Source: Alphaproteobacteria bacterium (GTDB taxonomy: Bacteria; Pseudomonadota; Alphaproteobacteria; SP197). Taken from it: DNA of 64,000 bases. Below the pieces are notes generated by a model. It was given only the letters and a program-made list of their open reading frames with translations, ran no database searches and was not told where the DNA came from. Positions within the stretch are counted from its first letter, which is position 1. Each line of letters starts with the position of its first letter. Shown here piece by piece: positions 45,067 to 54,746 of this stretch. The position numbers were made by a program, and so were the translations under genes. The stretch covers positions 140,664 through 204,663 of the forward strand of contig CBDBNO010000011.1 in NCBI GenBank assembly GCA_965207785.1. Direction: 5' to 3'.

Positions 45067-46203
45067 CTACCAGGTGCGGCCGCGGCCCTCGATGGGCCAG
45101 ATGTCGACGAGACGGTCGCCGCGGACGCAGTGATAGATGTCGTGGAGGTTGACCGTGGGATCGCAGTGGGGCGTGACGCATGTCACGACGTCGCCGACGG
45201 CGGGTCCGTTGGTTCCCGGCGGGACCACGATCCTGCCGTGCTCGTCACCCATGAATTCGTAGAGGGACCCTTCCGCGGCGCCGTCGGCGACGTCCGGCAC
45301 AGGTCCGTCCGTGGCAAAGGCCTTGATGCCGGCATCGATGGTGGCGGCGCCGGCCATGTTGGCCGAGATCACCGTCGACTGCACGAAGAGGGCGGTCCGG
45401 AAGGGGCCGGGGGTGCCGTCCCGGCGCATCACGGCATTGTACTCGACATCCATGAAGATCGCCGAACCCACCTGGATGTCGGTAAAGACACCGCAGTCCG
45501 AATCGTGATCATAGGTGCCTGTACCGCCGCCGGTCACGATCCCGGGAGAACCAGCGACCGTGGTGACGGCGCGCTGTGCCTCGTCGAGGTAGGCAGCAAC
45601 CTCGGCGGCCTCCCTCTCGCGCGCGGCGCAGTCGGCAATGTGCTGGATATCGCCGGCGTAGCACTGCAGTCCGGCGAGTTCGAGCGAGGGCCGGCGGACG
45701 ATCTCCCTTGCCAGCGCGACGGCATCCGCAATCGAGGAAACTCCGGTGCGGTGGAGACCGATGCCGAGATCGATGAGAACCCTCATCGGCTTCTGACGGC
45801 CGGCTGCAAGGGATGCGAGGCGATCGACGACCGTGGCGTTGTCGACCACGAGGATCAGTTCCTCTGCCGTGTCATTGAGCGCCAGCACCCGTTCGAGCTT
45901 GTCGGCCGTGACGATGGGCGAGGTGATGAGGATGCGGCCGATACCCTCGCGGACCAGGGCGTCGGCCTCGCCGAGCTTGGCGACACAGATGCCCGTCGCT
46001 CCGGCATCAAGCTGGAGTCGTGCGATTTCCGCGCACTTGTGGGTCTTGGCGTGGGGCCGCCAGCCGGCCGGCGTCCGGCTGAAGTGGGCTGCCAGGGTCC
46101 TGATGTTGTGTTCGAATGCATCGAGATCCAGCACGAGGGCGGGTGTCGCCAGGCGCCACCGGTTCTCTCCCTTGAGGTGGCGGTTGATGGAAAGGCCGGT
46201 CAT
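45067..46203 (-). CDS. PLP-dependent alanine-racemase-fold enzyme, DSD1/D-threonine aldolase/D-serine dehydratase-like
   Basis: Start near MTGLSINRHLKGENRWRLATPALVLDLDAFEHNI (family-typical). PHAKTHKC PLP-lysine motif. Confidence 0.6.
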   Translation of the reverse strand: MTGLSINRHLKGENRWRLATPALVLDLDAFEHNIRTLAAHFSRTPAGWRPHAKTHKCAEIARLQLDAGATGICVAKLGEADALVREGIGRILITSPIVTADKLERVLALNDTAEELILVVDNATVVDRLASLAAGRQKPMRVLIDLGIGLHRTGVSSIADAVALAREIVRRPSLELAGLQCYAGDIQHIADCAAREREAAEVAAYLDEAQRAVTTVAGSPGIVTGGGTGTYDHDSDCGVFTDIQVGSAIFMDVEYNAVMRRDGTPGPFRTALFVQSTVISANMAGAATIDAGIKAFATDGPVPDVADGAAEGSLYEFMGDEHGRIVVPPGTNGPAVGDVVTCVTPHCDPTVNLHDIYHCVRGDRLVDIWPIEGRGRTW

Positions 46204-46399
46204 GGCGGTCTCCAGGTTCGAACGGTTGATGGTGGCTGTGAACTCTTTCCACGGCAAGGTGCGAAGGGGCATTGCATCGCCGGATGATGCGGCGATACTT
46301 GCGATCGCCATTGACGGAGCTGCGCGTGATTCGCGTTCTGCTTCAGGACCAGTCCGGTGGTGTCCTTCTCCGGCTCTCTGCCGGGAGGTGCGGCGTCGC

Positions 46400-47929
46400 A
46401 TGAACCGGCGGCGCGGTCGGGACCGCCGCATGGAGGAGCGCCGTCAGGCGCCCGCTGCCGCGGTGTCGCCCGGTTGCCCGGGCGGTTGCTACAGACCGCT
46501 CTCTGACAGTGATGTGACGGCGATCCATCGCTGCGTGATGCGCCTCATGGAGGAAGTCGGGTTCTCGGGCGCCATTCCCCCGATGGTCGAGCGTGTCACC
46601 CAGCGGGGCGGCAGGGTCTGCGGCAACGGACGGCTCCACTTTCCGGCATCCCTCGTCGAGGAGGTGCTGCGGTGCAGCCGGCGCTCCTTTGTCGCCTGGG
46701 GGCAGACCCGTGAACATGACCTCGACATTGCCGACGGACGGGTTCACTTCGGATCCGGCGGTGCGTCGCCCAACATCGTCGATCTGGAGACGGGGCGTTA
46801 CCGGAGCGCCACGGTACGGGATCTCCACGACGTCGCCCGCATCGTCGATACCCTCGAGAACATTCACTTCTACGATCGCTCGCTCGTCGCCTGCGACATC
46901 GAGGACCCTCTCGCCTTCGACATCAACACGGCCTACGCCATCCTCGCCGGCACTGCCAAGCATGTCGGGACCAGCATCACCGAAGCCCGCAATGTCGAGG
47001 CTGTCGTTGGACTGTTCGACGCCATTGCCGGTGGCGAGGGCCGGTATCGCCAACAACCCTTTGCCATGCTGCTCTCGTGCCATGTGGTTCCGCCCCTTCG
47101 CTTTGCCGAGGAGGCCTTGTGGGTTCTCGAACGGGCCATTCCTTTGGGTATGCCGGTGATGCTGGTTTCCGCCGGACAGGCCGGCGCCACGGCGCCGGCG
47201 ACCTTGGCGGGGGCGGTGGCCCAGGCGGTTGCCGAGGCACTTGCCGGGCTGGTCTACTGCCACCTCATCGATCCCGATTGCGTCGCCATCATCGGGCCCA
47301 AGCCCCTGGTCTCGGACCTGCGCACCGGCGCCATGTGCGGTGGCAGCGGGGAACAGGCGGTCGCCGCCGCCGCTGCAACCCAGATGGCCCGTCACTACGG
47401 CCTGCCGTGCAGCGTCATGGCCGGCATCACGGATTCCAAGGTTCCCGATGCCCAGTCCGGCTACGAGAAGGCCTGTGCCGTCACCCTCGCAGCCCAGGCG
47501 GGCTGTTCGATGATCACCCAGAGTTGCGGCATGCACGCAAGCCTGCTCGGCGCCGCTCCGGAGAGTTACATCATCGACAACGACATGCTCGGCGCCATCA
47601 TGCGGACGGTCCGCGGCATCGAGGTCAACGACGACACGCTGTCGGTCGATACCGTCAACGAGGTGGTGACCGGAGAGGGCCACTATCTGGGCCACTCCCA
47701 GACCCTTGGCGCCATGACCCGGGACTACCTCTACCCCCGGCTGGCGGACCGGCAACCGCCCGGCGCATGGGAGGAAGCCGGTGCGCTCGACATCCGGGAA
47801 AGGGCGCGCCAGGAAGCCCGGCGGATCCTCCGGGATCACCGGACGGGGCACTTTTCTCGGGCGCTCGACCGGCGCCTGCGCGAGCGCTTTCCGATACACC
47901 TGCAGCCGGACGCCGTTCATCCGCCATGA
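46400..47929 (+). CDS. MttB-superfamily (trimethylamine methyltransferase-like, non-pyrrolysine) methyltransferase
   Basis: About 510 aa from MNRRRGRDRRMEERRQ... MttB fold motifs (TIM barrel). The first 600 nt of the ORF-track entry are antisense to the neighbouring gene. Confidence 0.7.
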   Translation: MNRRRGRDRRMEERRQAPAAAVSPGCPGGCYRPLSDSDVTAIHRCVMRLMEEVGFSGAIPPMVERVTQRGGRVCGNGRLHFPASLVEEVLRCSRRSFVAWGQTREHDLDIADGRVHFGSGGASPNIVDLETGRYRSATVRDLHDVARIVDTLENIHFYDRSLVACDIEDPLAFDINTAYAILAGTAKHVGTSITEARNVEAVVGLFDAIAGGEGRYRQQPFAMLLSCHVVPPLRFAEEALWVLERAIPLGMPVMLVSAGQAGATAPATLAGAVAQAVAEALAGLVYCHLIDPDCVAIIGPKPLVSDLRTGAMCGGSGEQAVAAAAATQMARHYGLPCSVMAGITDSKVPDAQSGYEKACAVTLAAQAGCSMITQSCGMHASLLGAAPESYIIDNDMLGAIMRTVRGIEVNDDTLSVDTVNEVVTGEGHYLGHSQTLGAMTRDYLYPRLADRQPPGAWEEAGALDIRERARQEARRILRDHRTGHFSRALDRRLRERFPIHLQPDAVHPP

Positions 47930-49863
47930 GGCTGCCCCACCTGTTCTCGCCCGTGACGATCGCCAGGACGGAGATCCGCAACCGAATCGTCTTCACCGGT
48001 CATCACACCCATCTTGCCGACGGACTGGTGAGCGACGATCTCGTGGCGTATCACGAGGCACGGGCAGCCGGCGGCGCCGGTCTCATCGTCGTCGAGATCG
48101 CCACCATCCACGACACCGGCGTCTTTGCCGCCAACTGCCTCGACGCCCGTTCGGCGGACTGCATTCCGGGATACCGACGCCTAGCCGGAGCGACCCAACG
48201 GCACGGCGCGCGGCTCTTCGGCCAGCTGTTTCATCCGGGCCGGGAAGTCCAGGTTCGCACCGATGGTCTCATGGCCACCGCCGTTGCTCCGTCCCCGGTT
48301 GCCAACGAGCGCTTTCACATCATGCCGCGGGCCATGTCCGGTGCCCTCATCGAGGAGGTGATCGAGGGATTCGCCCAGGGAGCCGGATATCTTGCCGAGG
48401 CGGGTCTTGACGGTGTGGAACTGGTCGCCAGCCACGGCTACCTGCCGGCGCAGTTTCTCAATCCCCGGCTCAATCTCCGCAATGACGCATGGGGAGGATC
48501 TTTCGACAGGCGCCTTCGATTCGTCGAGGAAACGCTGTCGGCGATGCGTGCCGCAATCGGTGATGCAACGCTCGGCATGCGGATTTCCGGCGACGAACTC
48601 GACCCGGCGCAGGGCCTCACCGCAGAGGATGTCGAAGAAATCGCAAGGGCCCTGGCGCACCGCCTTGACTACATCAGCGTCGTCGCCGGCATGTCGTCGA
48701 CTCTCGGCGCCTCGATCCACATCGCCGCGCCCATGGGTATTCCGGCCGGCTACATCGCTCCCCTTGCCCGCAGGGTGAAGGAGGCCTCCGGATTGCCGGT
48801 GATCGCCACCGGGCGCATCAACCAGCCGCAGATCGCAGAAGGCATCCTGGCATCAGGCGATGCGGATCTCTGTGGCATGACCCGAGCGATGATCTCGGAT
48901 CCCGCCATGCCACTGAAGGCCCGTGAAGCGCGCTTTGACGACATCCGTGCCTGCATTGCCTGCAACCAGGCCTGTATCGGGCACTCGCACAAGGGCGTTG
49001 CCATTTCCTGCATCCAGAATCCCGCCTCCGGGCGCGAACGCCGTTACGGCACGTATCTGCCTTCCCGCATCGCCCGGTCCGTCATGGTGGCAGGCGGCGG
49101 TCCGGGCGGGCTCAAGGCGGCGGCGGTGGCCGCCGCGCGAGGGCACCGTGTCACGTTGCACGAGGCGGGAGACGTGCCGGGGGGACAGGCGAGTCATGCC
49201 GCCATGCTTCCCGGCCGCGCGGAATTCGGCGGTCTGGTGCAGAATCTCGAACACGAAGCCCGCAGCGCCGGCGCGGAGATCCGCACCGGCTCGACGGTGA
49301 CTCCGCGCCTCGTCGAAGAGTGCGAGCCCGACGCCGTCATCGTGGCCACCGGCGCCCGGCCGTGGAGACCGCCCATCGAGGGCGAGGCCCACGTCGTGGA
49401 AGCCATCGCATTGCTCGACGGTGCCAACGTCGGGCATTCCGTCGTGATTGCCGATGGACGCGCCGACTGGACCGGGCCTGGCCTGGCGGAAAAGCTGGCC
49501 GAGGCAGGCCACAGGGTGCGTCTCGTGGTCAATGGCGCCATGGCAGGGGAGCTTCTCCAGCTCTATGTCCGCAACCACCATGTCGGGCGGCTGCGCCGGC
49601 TGGGCGTCGACATCATCACCCACGCGCGCCTCTTTGGCGCCGAAGATGACGTGGCCTACTTCCAGGACACGCTGACGGGCGAGGCGATCATCCTCGAGGA
49701 GATGGATTCCCTGGTGCTGTCACTTGGCTCTGTTCCGCACGACGATCTCGGCCTGGGTCTCGAGGCTGCCGGCCGGCCCTTCGTTCGGATTGGCGATTGC
49801 CTCGCCCCGAGAAGCGCCGAAGAGGCGGTTCTCGAGGGACTCGAGGCGGCATGGAGCCTGTGA
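47926..49863 (+). CDS. Old Yellow Enzyme-type NADH:flavin oxidoreductase fused to an FAD/NAD(P)-binding domain (DgcA/StcD/FadH-like)
   Basis: MRLPHLFSPVTIARTEIRNRIVF (OYE N-terminus). C-terminal GxGxxG Rossmann domain (VMVAGGGPGGLKAAA). ATGA overlap with MttB. Confidence 0.75.
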   Translation: MRLPHLFSPVTIARTEIRNRIVFTGHHTHLADGLVSDDLVAYHEARAAGGAGLIVVEIATIHDTGVFAANCLDARSADCIPGYRRLAGATQRHGARLFGQLFHPGREVQVRTDGLMATAVAPSPVANERFHIMPRAMSGALIEEVIEGFAQGAGYLAEAGLDGVELVASHGYLPAQFLNPRLNLRNDAWGGSFDRRLRFVEETLSAMRAAIGDATLGMRISGDELDPAQGLTAEDVEEIARALAHRLDYISVVAGMSSTLGASIHIAAPMGIPAGYIAPLARRVKEASGLPVIATGRINQPQIAEGILASGDADLCGMTRAMISDPAMPLKAREARFDDIRACIACNQACIGHSHKGVAISCIQNPASGRERRYGTYLPSRIARSVMVAGGGPGGLKAAAVAAARGHRVTLHEAGDVPGGQASHAAMLPGRAEFGGLVQNLEHEARSAGAEIRTGSTVTPRLVEECEPDAVIVATGARPWRPPIEGEAHVVEAIALLDGANVGHSVVIADGRADWTGPGLAEKLAEAGHRVRLVVNGAMAGELLQLYVRNHHVGRLRRLGVDIITHARLFGAEDDVAYFQDTLTGEAIILEEMDSLVLSLGSVPHDDLGLGLEAAGRPFVRIGDCLAPRSAEEAVLEGLEAAWSL

Positions 49864-51533
49864 TGCCGGCGCCTTCGCGCATGGGCGCCGGCGAGGCGGT
49901 GGCGCGTGTTCTCGAACGTGCCGGCGTCGACACGGTCTTTGGGGTCATCGGCGGCTCGATGCTCGAACTCCTCGATGCATTGCACGATTCTTCCATCTCC
50001 TACATCGGATCCCGCGACGAGCGAGCAGCCGGACACATGGCAGATGCCGCGGCACGCCTGACCGGCGGGCCGGGCGTGGTGCTCGGCGCCCAGGCCGGCC
50101 CCGGTGTTGCCAATCTGGCGACGGCCCTTGCGGAGGCTCACCTCGCCTATTCTCCCGTGGTGGCCATTGCCGGCGCCATCTCGCGAAGCCAGTCAGGGCG
50201 CGACACCTTCCAGGAGATCGACCAGGAGGCGCTCCTGGCGCCGGTCACCAAGCGCTCGATCCGGGTTCCTCATGCCGACCGGCTCTGCGAACTCCTCGAC
50301 GAAGCGCTGCGCGTTGCCATGACAGGCAGGCGAGGCCCCGTGGTGCTCCACGTGCCGCGGGACCTCTTCGCGTCATCGGTTTCAGGGGATCTGCCGTGGC
50401 CATCCGGGCCCATCACGGCAGGGGCGCCGGCGGACTGGCACGTCGAACAGGTGAAGGAGCTGCTTGCCGCCTCGGAGCGGCCGGTAATCGTGGCGGGTGG
50501 CGGATTGAAGTGGGCGAGGGCATCGGCTGAGCTCGATCGCCTCGCCCGTGCACTGGACGTCCCCGTCGTCGCCGCGACCGGCCACCATGACGTGCTGGCG
50601 ACGGATCACCCGTTGCTGGCCGGCCAGGCGGGCCCGCGCGGCAACCGTCTTGCCTCCAGGCTCACACGCGAAGCCGATGTCATCCTGGCACTGGGAACGC
50701 GCCTTGGATTCAACTCGACCTTTCACAGCGCCGACTACCTCAACCCTGACGCAGCCATCGTGCAGGTCGATATCGACGCCATGGCGCTTGGGCGTCACTT
50801 TCCGGTGACACTGGGCATTATCGCCGATGCCGGCGAGGCGGCCCGTGCCTTTCTGGCGGCCATCCCGGAGACAACACGTTGGCAGGCCTGGACAAGAGCC
50901 TTTCACGACGAAAGGCGCCTCATCGAGGCCGAACGCGAAGTCGAAGCCCGGCTGACCGGAATGCCGCTCTCGCCGGCAAGAGTGCTGGGAGAGATTCGCG
51001 ACACGCTGCCCCGGGATGCGATCGTCACTCTCGATACGGGCGCCGTCTGCCTGCAGGCCGCCGATCGCCTGAGGTTCGGCCGTTGTCCTGGTCTTGTGAC
51101 ACCGCTCGATTTCGGCCTCGTAGGCTTCGGCTATGCCGCTGCGCTTGGAGCACAGGCGGCGGCGCCCGGTTCCCCGGTGATCGCCATCATGGGCGATGGT
51201 GGATTCGGTCTCACCATGATCGAGCTGACGACGGCCGTGCAGCACGATCTTCCGGTGATCGCAGTCGTTCTCGACAACCGCGCCTGGGGCGCCGAGAAAG
51301 CGTACCAGCGGGACTTCTTCGACGGACGATACATGGGCGCCGATCTCCTCAATCCTCCCTTCGCCGACTACGCCCGGCTCATCGGCGCCAACGGCTGGCG
51401 CGTCAGGCGGCCGGGCGAGACTGCCCAGGCCCTCTCATCCGCTCTCGAGTCGGGCAGGCCGGCCGTCATCCATGTCGACGTCGATCCCGACGCCATCCAG
51501 AGCCTGAGGAAGGATCTCTTCCCGAAGGCCTGA
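49863..51533 (+). CDS. thiamine-pyrophosphate-dependent enzyme (acetolactate synthase/benzoylformate decarboxylase superfamily)
   Basis: TPP N-terminal, central and C-terminal domains (GDGGF TPP motif). Start overlaps the upstream stop (TGATG). Confidence 0.75.
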   Translation: MPAPSRMGAGEAVARVLERAGVDTVFGVIGGSMLELLDALHDSSISYIGSRDERAAGHMADAAARLTGGPGVVLGAQAGPGVANLATALAEAHLAYSPVVAIAGAISRSQSGRDTFQEIDQEALLAPVTKRSIRVPHADRLCELLDEALRVAMTGRRGPVVLHVPRDLFASSVSGDLPWPSGPITAGAPADWHVEQVKELLAASERPVIVAGGGLKWARASAELDRLARALDVPVVAATGHHDVLATDHPLLAGQAGPRGNRLASRLTREADVILALGTRLGFNSTFHSADYLNPDAAIVQVDIDAMALGRHFPVTLGIIADAGEAARAFLAAIPETTRWQAWTRAFHDERRLIEAEREVEARLTGMPLSPARVLGEIRDTLPRDAIVTLDTGAVCLQAADRLRFGRCPGLVTPLDFGLVGFGYAAALGAQAAAPGSPVIAIMGDGGFGLTMIELTTAVQHDLPVIAVVLDNRAWGAEKAYQRDFFDGRYMGADLLNPPFADYARLIGANGWRVRRPGETAQALSSALESGRPAVIHVDVDPDAIQSLRKDLFPKA

Positions 51534-51568
51534 GACCAGGCACGCCGAGAAGAACCGCACATCCGGTC

Positions 51569-52495
51569 ATGCCCTTTGACCTGGTTCCGTGCAACGCTCG
51601 GCTCATGCGTTCCGTGACCCACCGCCGGCTGATCCGGGCTCTCGACGCCGTTGCACAGCGACTCGATCATCCATGGACGGTCGAGGAGGTGGCTGCCGAA
51701 GCGGCATTCTCGCGTTTCCATTGCCAGCGCATGTTCCGCGCCATGACCGGCGATTCGATTGCCGGCCTGGTGCGGCGGTTGCGTCTGGAGAGGGCCGCCT
51801 GGCGCCTTCGCCACGAGAGCGTCGACGTGCTCGAGGTTGCCCTGGACGCGGGCTACAACTCGGCCGAGGCCTTTTCGAGAGCGTTCCGCCGCGCGTGCGG
51901 AATGAGTCCGGGCCACTACCGCAAGGTCTCAACGCCTCCGTCCCTTGCCGGTCCGGCGTCCCGTGTCAGGTACGACCCTGGCACCGGACGCCTGGACATC
52001 GATCTGCCAACAGGAGACATCAACATGGATATCCGCATCGAGACCATCGAAGACATCAGCGTGGCCCGCATTCGCCATGTCGGCCCCTACAACGAAGTGG
52101 GCCCGTGCTTTCAGCGCCTGTTCGCATGGGCGGCCAGCGTCGGCGCGACGCCTGGACGTATCTTCACCCTCTCGTTCGACGATCCCGGCGACGTTGCGCC
52201 GGGGAGCCTGCGTTCCGATGCCTGCCTCGAACTCGCAACCGACGCATCGCCGCCGCCCGGCATCACCCTCGACACGTTGCCTGCGGGGCGCTACGCCATC
52301 TACACCCATCGTGGTCCCTACGACGGCATTGCGGAAGCATACCGGCGGATGTTTTCGCTGTGGTTGCCGCAAAGCGGCGAGGACATCGACGATCGCCCGG
52401 ACATGGAGATCTACCGGAACTCGCCGCTTGACACCCAGCCCGCCGATCTGCTGACCGATCTCTGCATTCCGTTGAAGCCAGCGCCCGGTTCCTGA
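51569..52495 (+). CDS. AraC-family transcriptional regulator with C-terminal GyrI-like effector-binding domain
   Basis: N-terminal AraC helix-turn-helix (SRFHCQRMFRAMTGDSIAGLVRRLRLERA). C-terminal GyrI-like domain. Confidence 0.7.
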   Translation: MPFDLVPCNARLMRSVTHRRLIRALDAVAQRLDHPWTVEEVAAEAAFSRFHCQRMFRAMTGDSIAGLVRRLRLERAAWRLRHESVDVLEVALDAGYNSAEAFSRAFRRACGMSPGHYRKVSTPPSLAGPASRVRYDPGTGRLDIDLPTGDINMDIRIETIEDISVARIRHVGPYNEVGPCFQRLFAWAASVGATPGRIFTLSFDDPGDVAPGSLRSDACLELATDASPPPGITLDTLPAGRYAIYTHRGPYDGIAEAYRRMFSLWLPQSGEDIDDRPDMEIYRNSPLDTQPADLLTDLCIPLKPAPGS

Positions 52496-52738
52496 CACAA
52501 AGAGTTGTCCGTGCTGCCCGTTGTCCGGCCGGAGGAGGCCGATGCCGGGGCCTCCTTCTCCCAGGACACCTTCAGCAGCGAAGCGATCGAGGTCGACGGA
52601 TTCGAGACCGTTGTCGTCGCGGCTTGCCCACGAAGCGGCATAGCACTGCAGGACAAGATCTTTGCGTGTCGCGCACACTTCCATCTCGTCGGCGGAGCAC
52701 CGTGGAGGAGAGGTCACGAGCGGGCCTCAGGAGAGTCC

Positions 52739-53446
52739 TCACACGATCGTGCAGTGCAGCGCAGGAAGTCCTGTGATCCGGGCGGCAATGCGGTCGCCGC
52801 GGACGACCGCGCCGACCCCGGCGGGCGTGCCGGTGAAGACGAGGTCTCCGGGTCTGAGTTCCACCAGGCCAGAGAGCCAGGCGAGTGATTCGTCGGGCTT
52901 CCAGATCATCTGGCCGAGGGTGCCCGACTGCCGCCTTTCGCCGTTCACTTCGAGCGTGATCGAGGCGTCCTCGGGCGGTTCCCGGCGCGCCGCCGGCACG
53001 AGGGCGCCCACCGGACCGGAGGCGTCGAATCCCTTGGCCATGTCCCAGGGCCTCCCCGATCTCTTGGCGAGGTCCTGTAGGTCACGGCGCGTCAGATCGA
53101 TGCCCACGGCATGGCCGAAGATGGCCTCGCGGGCCGCCGAGCGGGAGAGGTCCCGGCCTCCCGAAACAAGCGCGACGACGAGTTCGACCTCGTGGTGCAG
53201 GCTGGCGGTGGCGGGAGGGTAGGGAAGCGATCCTCCCCCGGGGACGATCGCCGACGCCGGCTTGGCGAAGAAGAACGGCTCTTCGCGTTCCGGATCGCCG
53301 CCCATCTCGATCGCATGGTCGGCATAGTTGCGCCCGATGCAGAAGACACGGCCCACGGGAAAGAGCCGGGTCTCGCCCTCGATGGCAAGGCCCACGGGCT
53401 CCGCCGGTGGAAAGATGAAGGTCAGGGACTCTCTCCCGCTGGTCAT
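52739..53446 (-). CDS. fumarylacetoacetate hydrolase (FAH) family protein
   Basis: 235 aa, FAH-fold motifs. Confidence 0.7.
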   Translation of the reverse strand: MTSGRESLTFIFPPAEPVGLAIEGETRLFPVGRVFCIGRNYADHAIEMGGDPEREEPFFFAKPASAIVPGGGSLPYPPATASLHHEVELVVALVSGGRDLSRSAAREAIFGHAVGIDLTRRDLQDLAKRSGRPWDMAKGFDASGPVGALVPAARREPPEDASITLEVNGERRQSGTLGQMIWKPDESLAWLSGLVELRPGDLVFTGTPAGVGAVVRGDRIAARITGLPALHCTIV

Positions 53447-53549
53447 CGACGGGACCCATGGTCAGGTACCGGAAGCCGGTGTCAACCGACTGCAGCCCGG
53501 CCCCATTCCTGCGCCAGGACCTGCCGTTGCCGCATCCTTGACGCAACTC

Positions 53550-54716
53550 TCAGGTCCGAGGACCGGTTCCATCGGCGAGCACAGAGTAGCCGGACGGCGT
53601 GTGGTAGGCAGCCAGGGTGCGCTGCCGCATGATCCAGCGGCTTTGGCCCATGCCCGTCAGGGCAGGGCTTCTCAGCCATCCCGGCCAGGCCATGAACGCG
53701 CTGTAGAGTCCGGAGAGCCACTGTGTCCGGTTGATCAGCGGCCGGTTTTCCGCCTCCCAGGCTGAGAGAGCGTCACGTGTCGGGCCGGAAGGGTTGACGT
53801 GCATCGCCAGCGATACGGCGTTGACCATGGCGAGCGCGGCGCCCTGGCCGAAGTTGGGTGACATGGCATGGGCCGCATCGCCGATCAGCACGACCCGGCC
53901 CGCGTGCCATCGCCTGAGGATCACACTTTGATACTGGTCCCAACTCCAGCGCTCCTGTTCGCCGATGCTCTCGATGAAGGACCTCAGGCAGGGAAAGGAA
54001 GCGATCCAGGTCTCGATATCGATCGGCACCTGGATGCCGGCGGGATCGTCCCTTCGCGCAATGAGGCCCATGTAGAAGGCGTCCTCGCTGCAGGGCACGA
54101 GCATTGCCCGTCGCTTTCCGCTCCAGTACTCGGCGAAGGTGCCGGCTGGCCAGTCGAAGCGGTCGCGCACAGGCAGCAGGAGACGGATGGTGCCGTCGGC
54201 GAAGAACCGGCGCTTGCGCTCCAGGGCGCGACGCACGCGGTTGCGACAGCCGGCGCCGTCGGCCGCCACGACGAGTGCGGCCTCGCGCCTCGTGCCGTCC
54301 GACAGTTCGATGGCCCCTTCGGGATCCACGTCGCGCACCTCCGAGAGGAGTCGGATCTCGACGCCCGAACGGCGCGCCGCTCCGGCCAGGCCGGCGACGA
54401 CGCGGCTGCGCAGCATCATGAACATGCGCAACGCCGAATCCTCCGTGCGCCAGTCGTACGCCGAAATCAGGTGTCCTGATCCGTCCCGCGTCTCCCGGTT
54501 GTCGAGCGGGAAGGCGCCCTGCACCGCCTCGTCGTAGGCGCCCAGCATCTCCAGCACCTTGAGGCCGTTCTCGGAAAGCGCCAGGGCCGAACCGTGGCTT
54601 CGGATTTCACCGCCGCGCTCATGAAGGGTGACGCTCCATCCCACGCGGGCCAGGGCCGTCGCCGCGGCGAGGCCGGCGAAGCCTCCCCCGACGACCTCCG
54701 CGTGACGATCGTGCAC
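53550..54716 (-). CDS. FAD-dependent aromatic-ring monooxygenase (salicylate/3-hydroxybenzoate hydroxylase-like)
   Basis: GGGFAGL dinucleotide motif, GDAAH motif, group A flavin monooxygenase layout. Confidence 0.7.
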   Translation of the reverse strand: MHDRHAEVVGGGFAGLAAATALARVGWSVTLHERGGEIRSHGSALALSENGLKVLEMLGAYDEAVQGAFPLDNRETRDGSGHLISAYDWRTEDSALRMFMMLRSRVVAGLAGAARRSGVEIRLLSEVRDVDPEGAIELSDGTRREAALVVAADGAGCRNRVRRALERKRRFFADGTIRLLLPVRDRFDWPAGTFAEYWSGKRRAMLVPCSEDAFYMGLIARRDDPAGIQVPIDIETWIASFPCLRSFIESIGEQERWSWDQYQSVILRRWHAGRVVLIGDAAHAMSPNFGQGAALAMVNAVSLAMHVNPSGPTRDALSAWEAENRPLINRTQWLSGLYSAFMAWPGWLRSPALTGMGQSRWIMRQRTLAAYHTPSGYSVLADGTGPRT

Positions 54717-54746
54717 CGCGTTCCGCCCCCTTCGCCCGGTACGGCT

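Noticed and set aside
45833-46399. 5' 190 codons of the long plus ORF that ends at 47929
   Set aside because: This stretch is antisense to the DSD1-like gene. The MttB-like homology only begins near 46400, so the gene start was set there.
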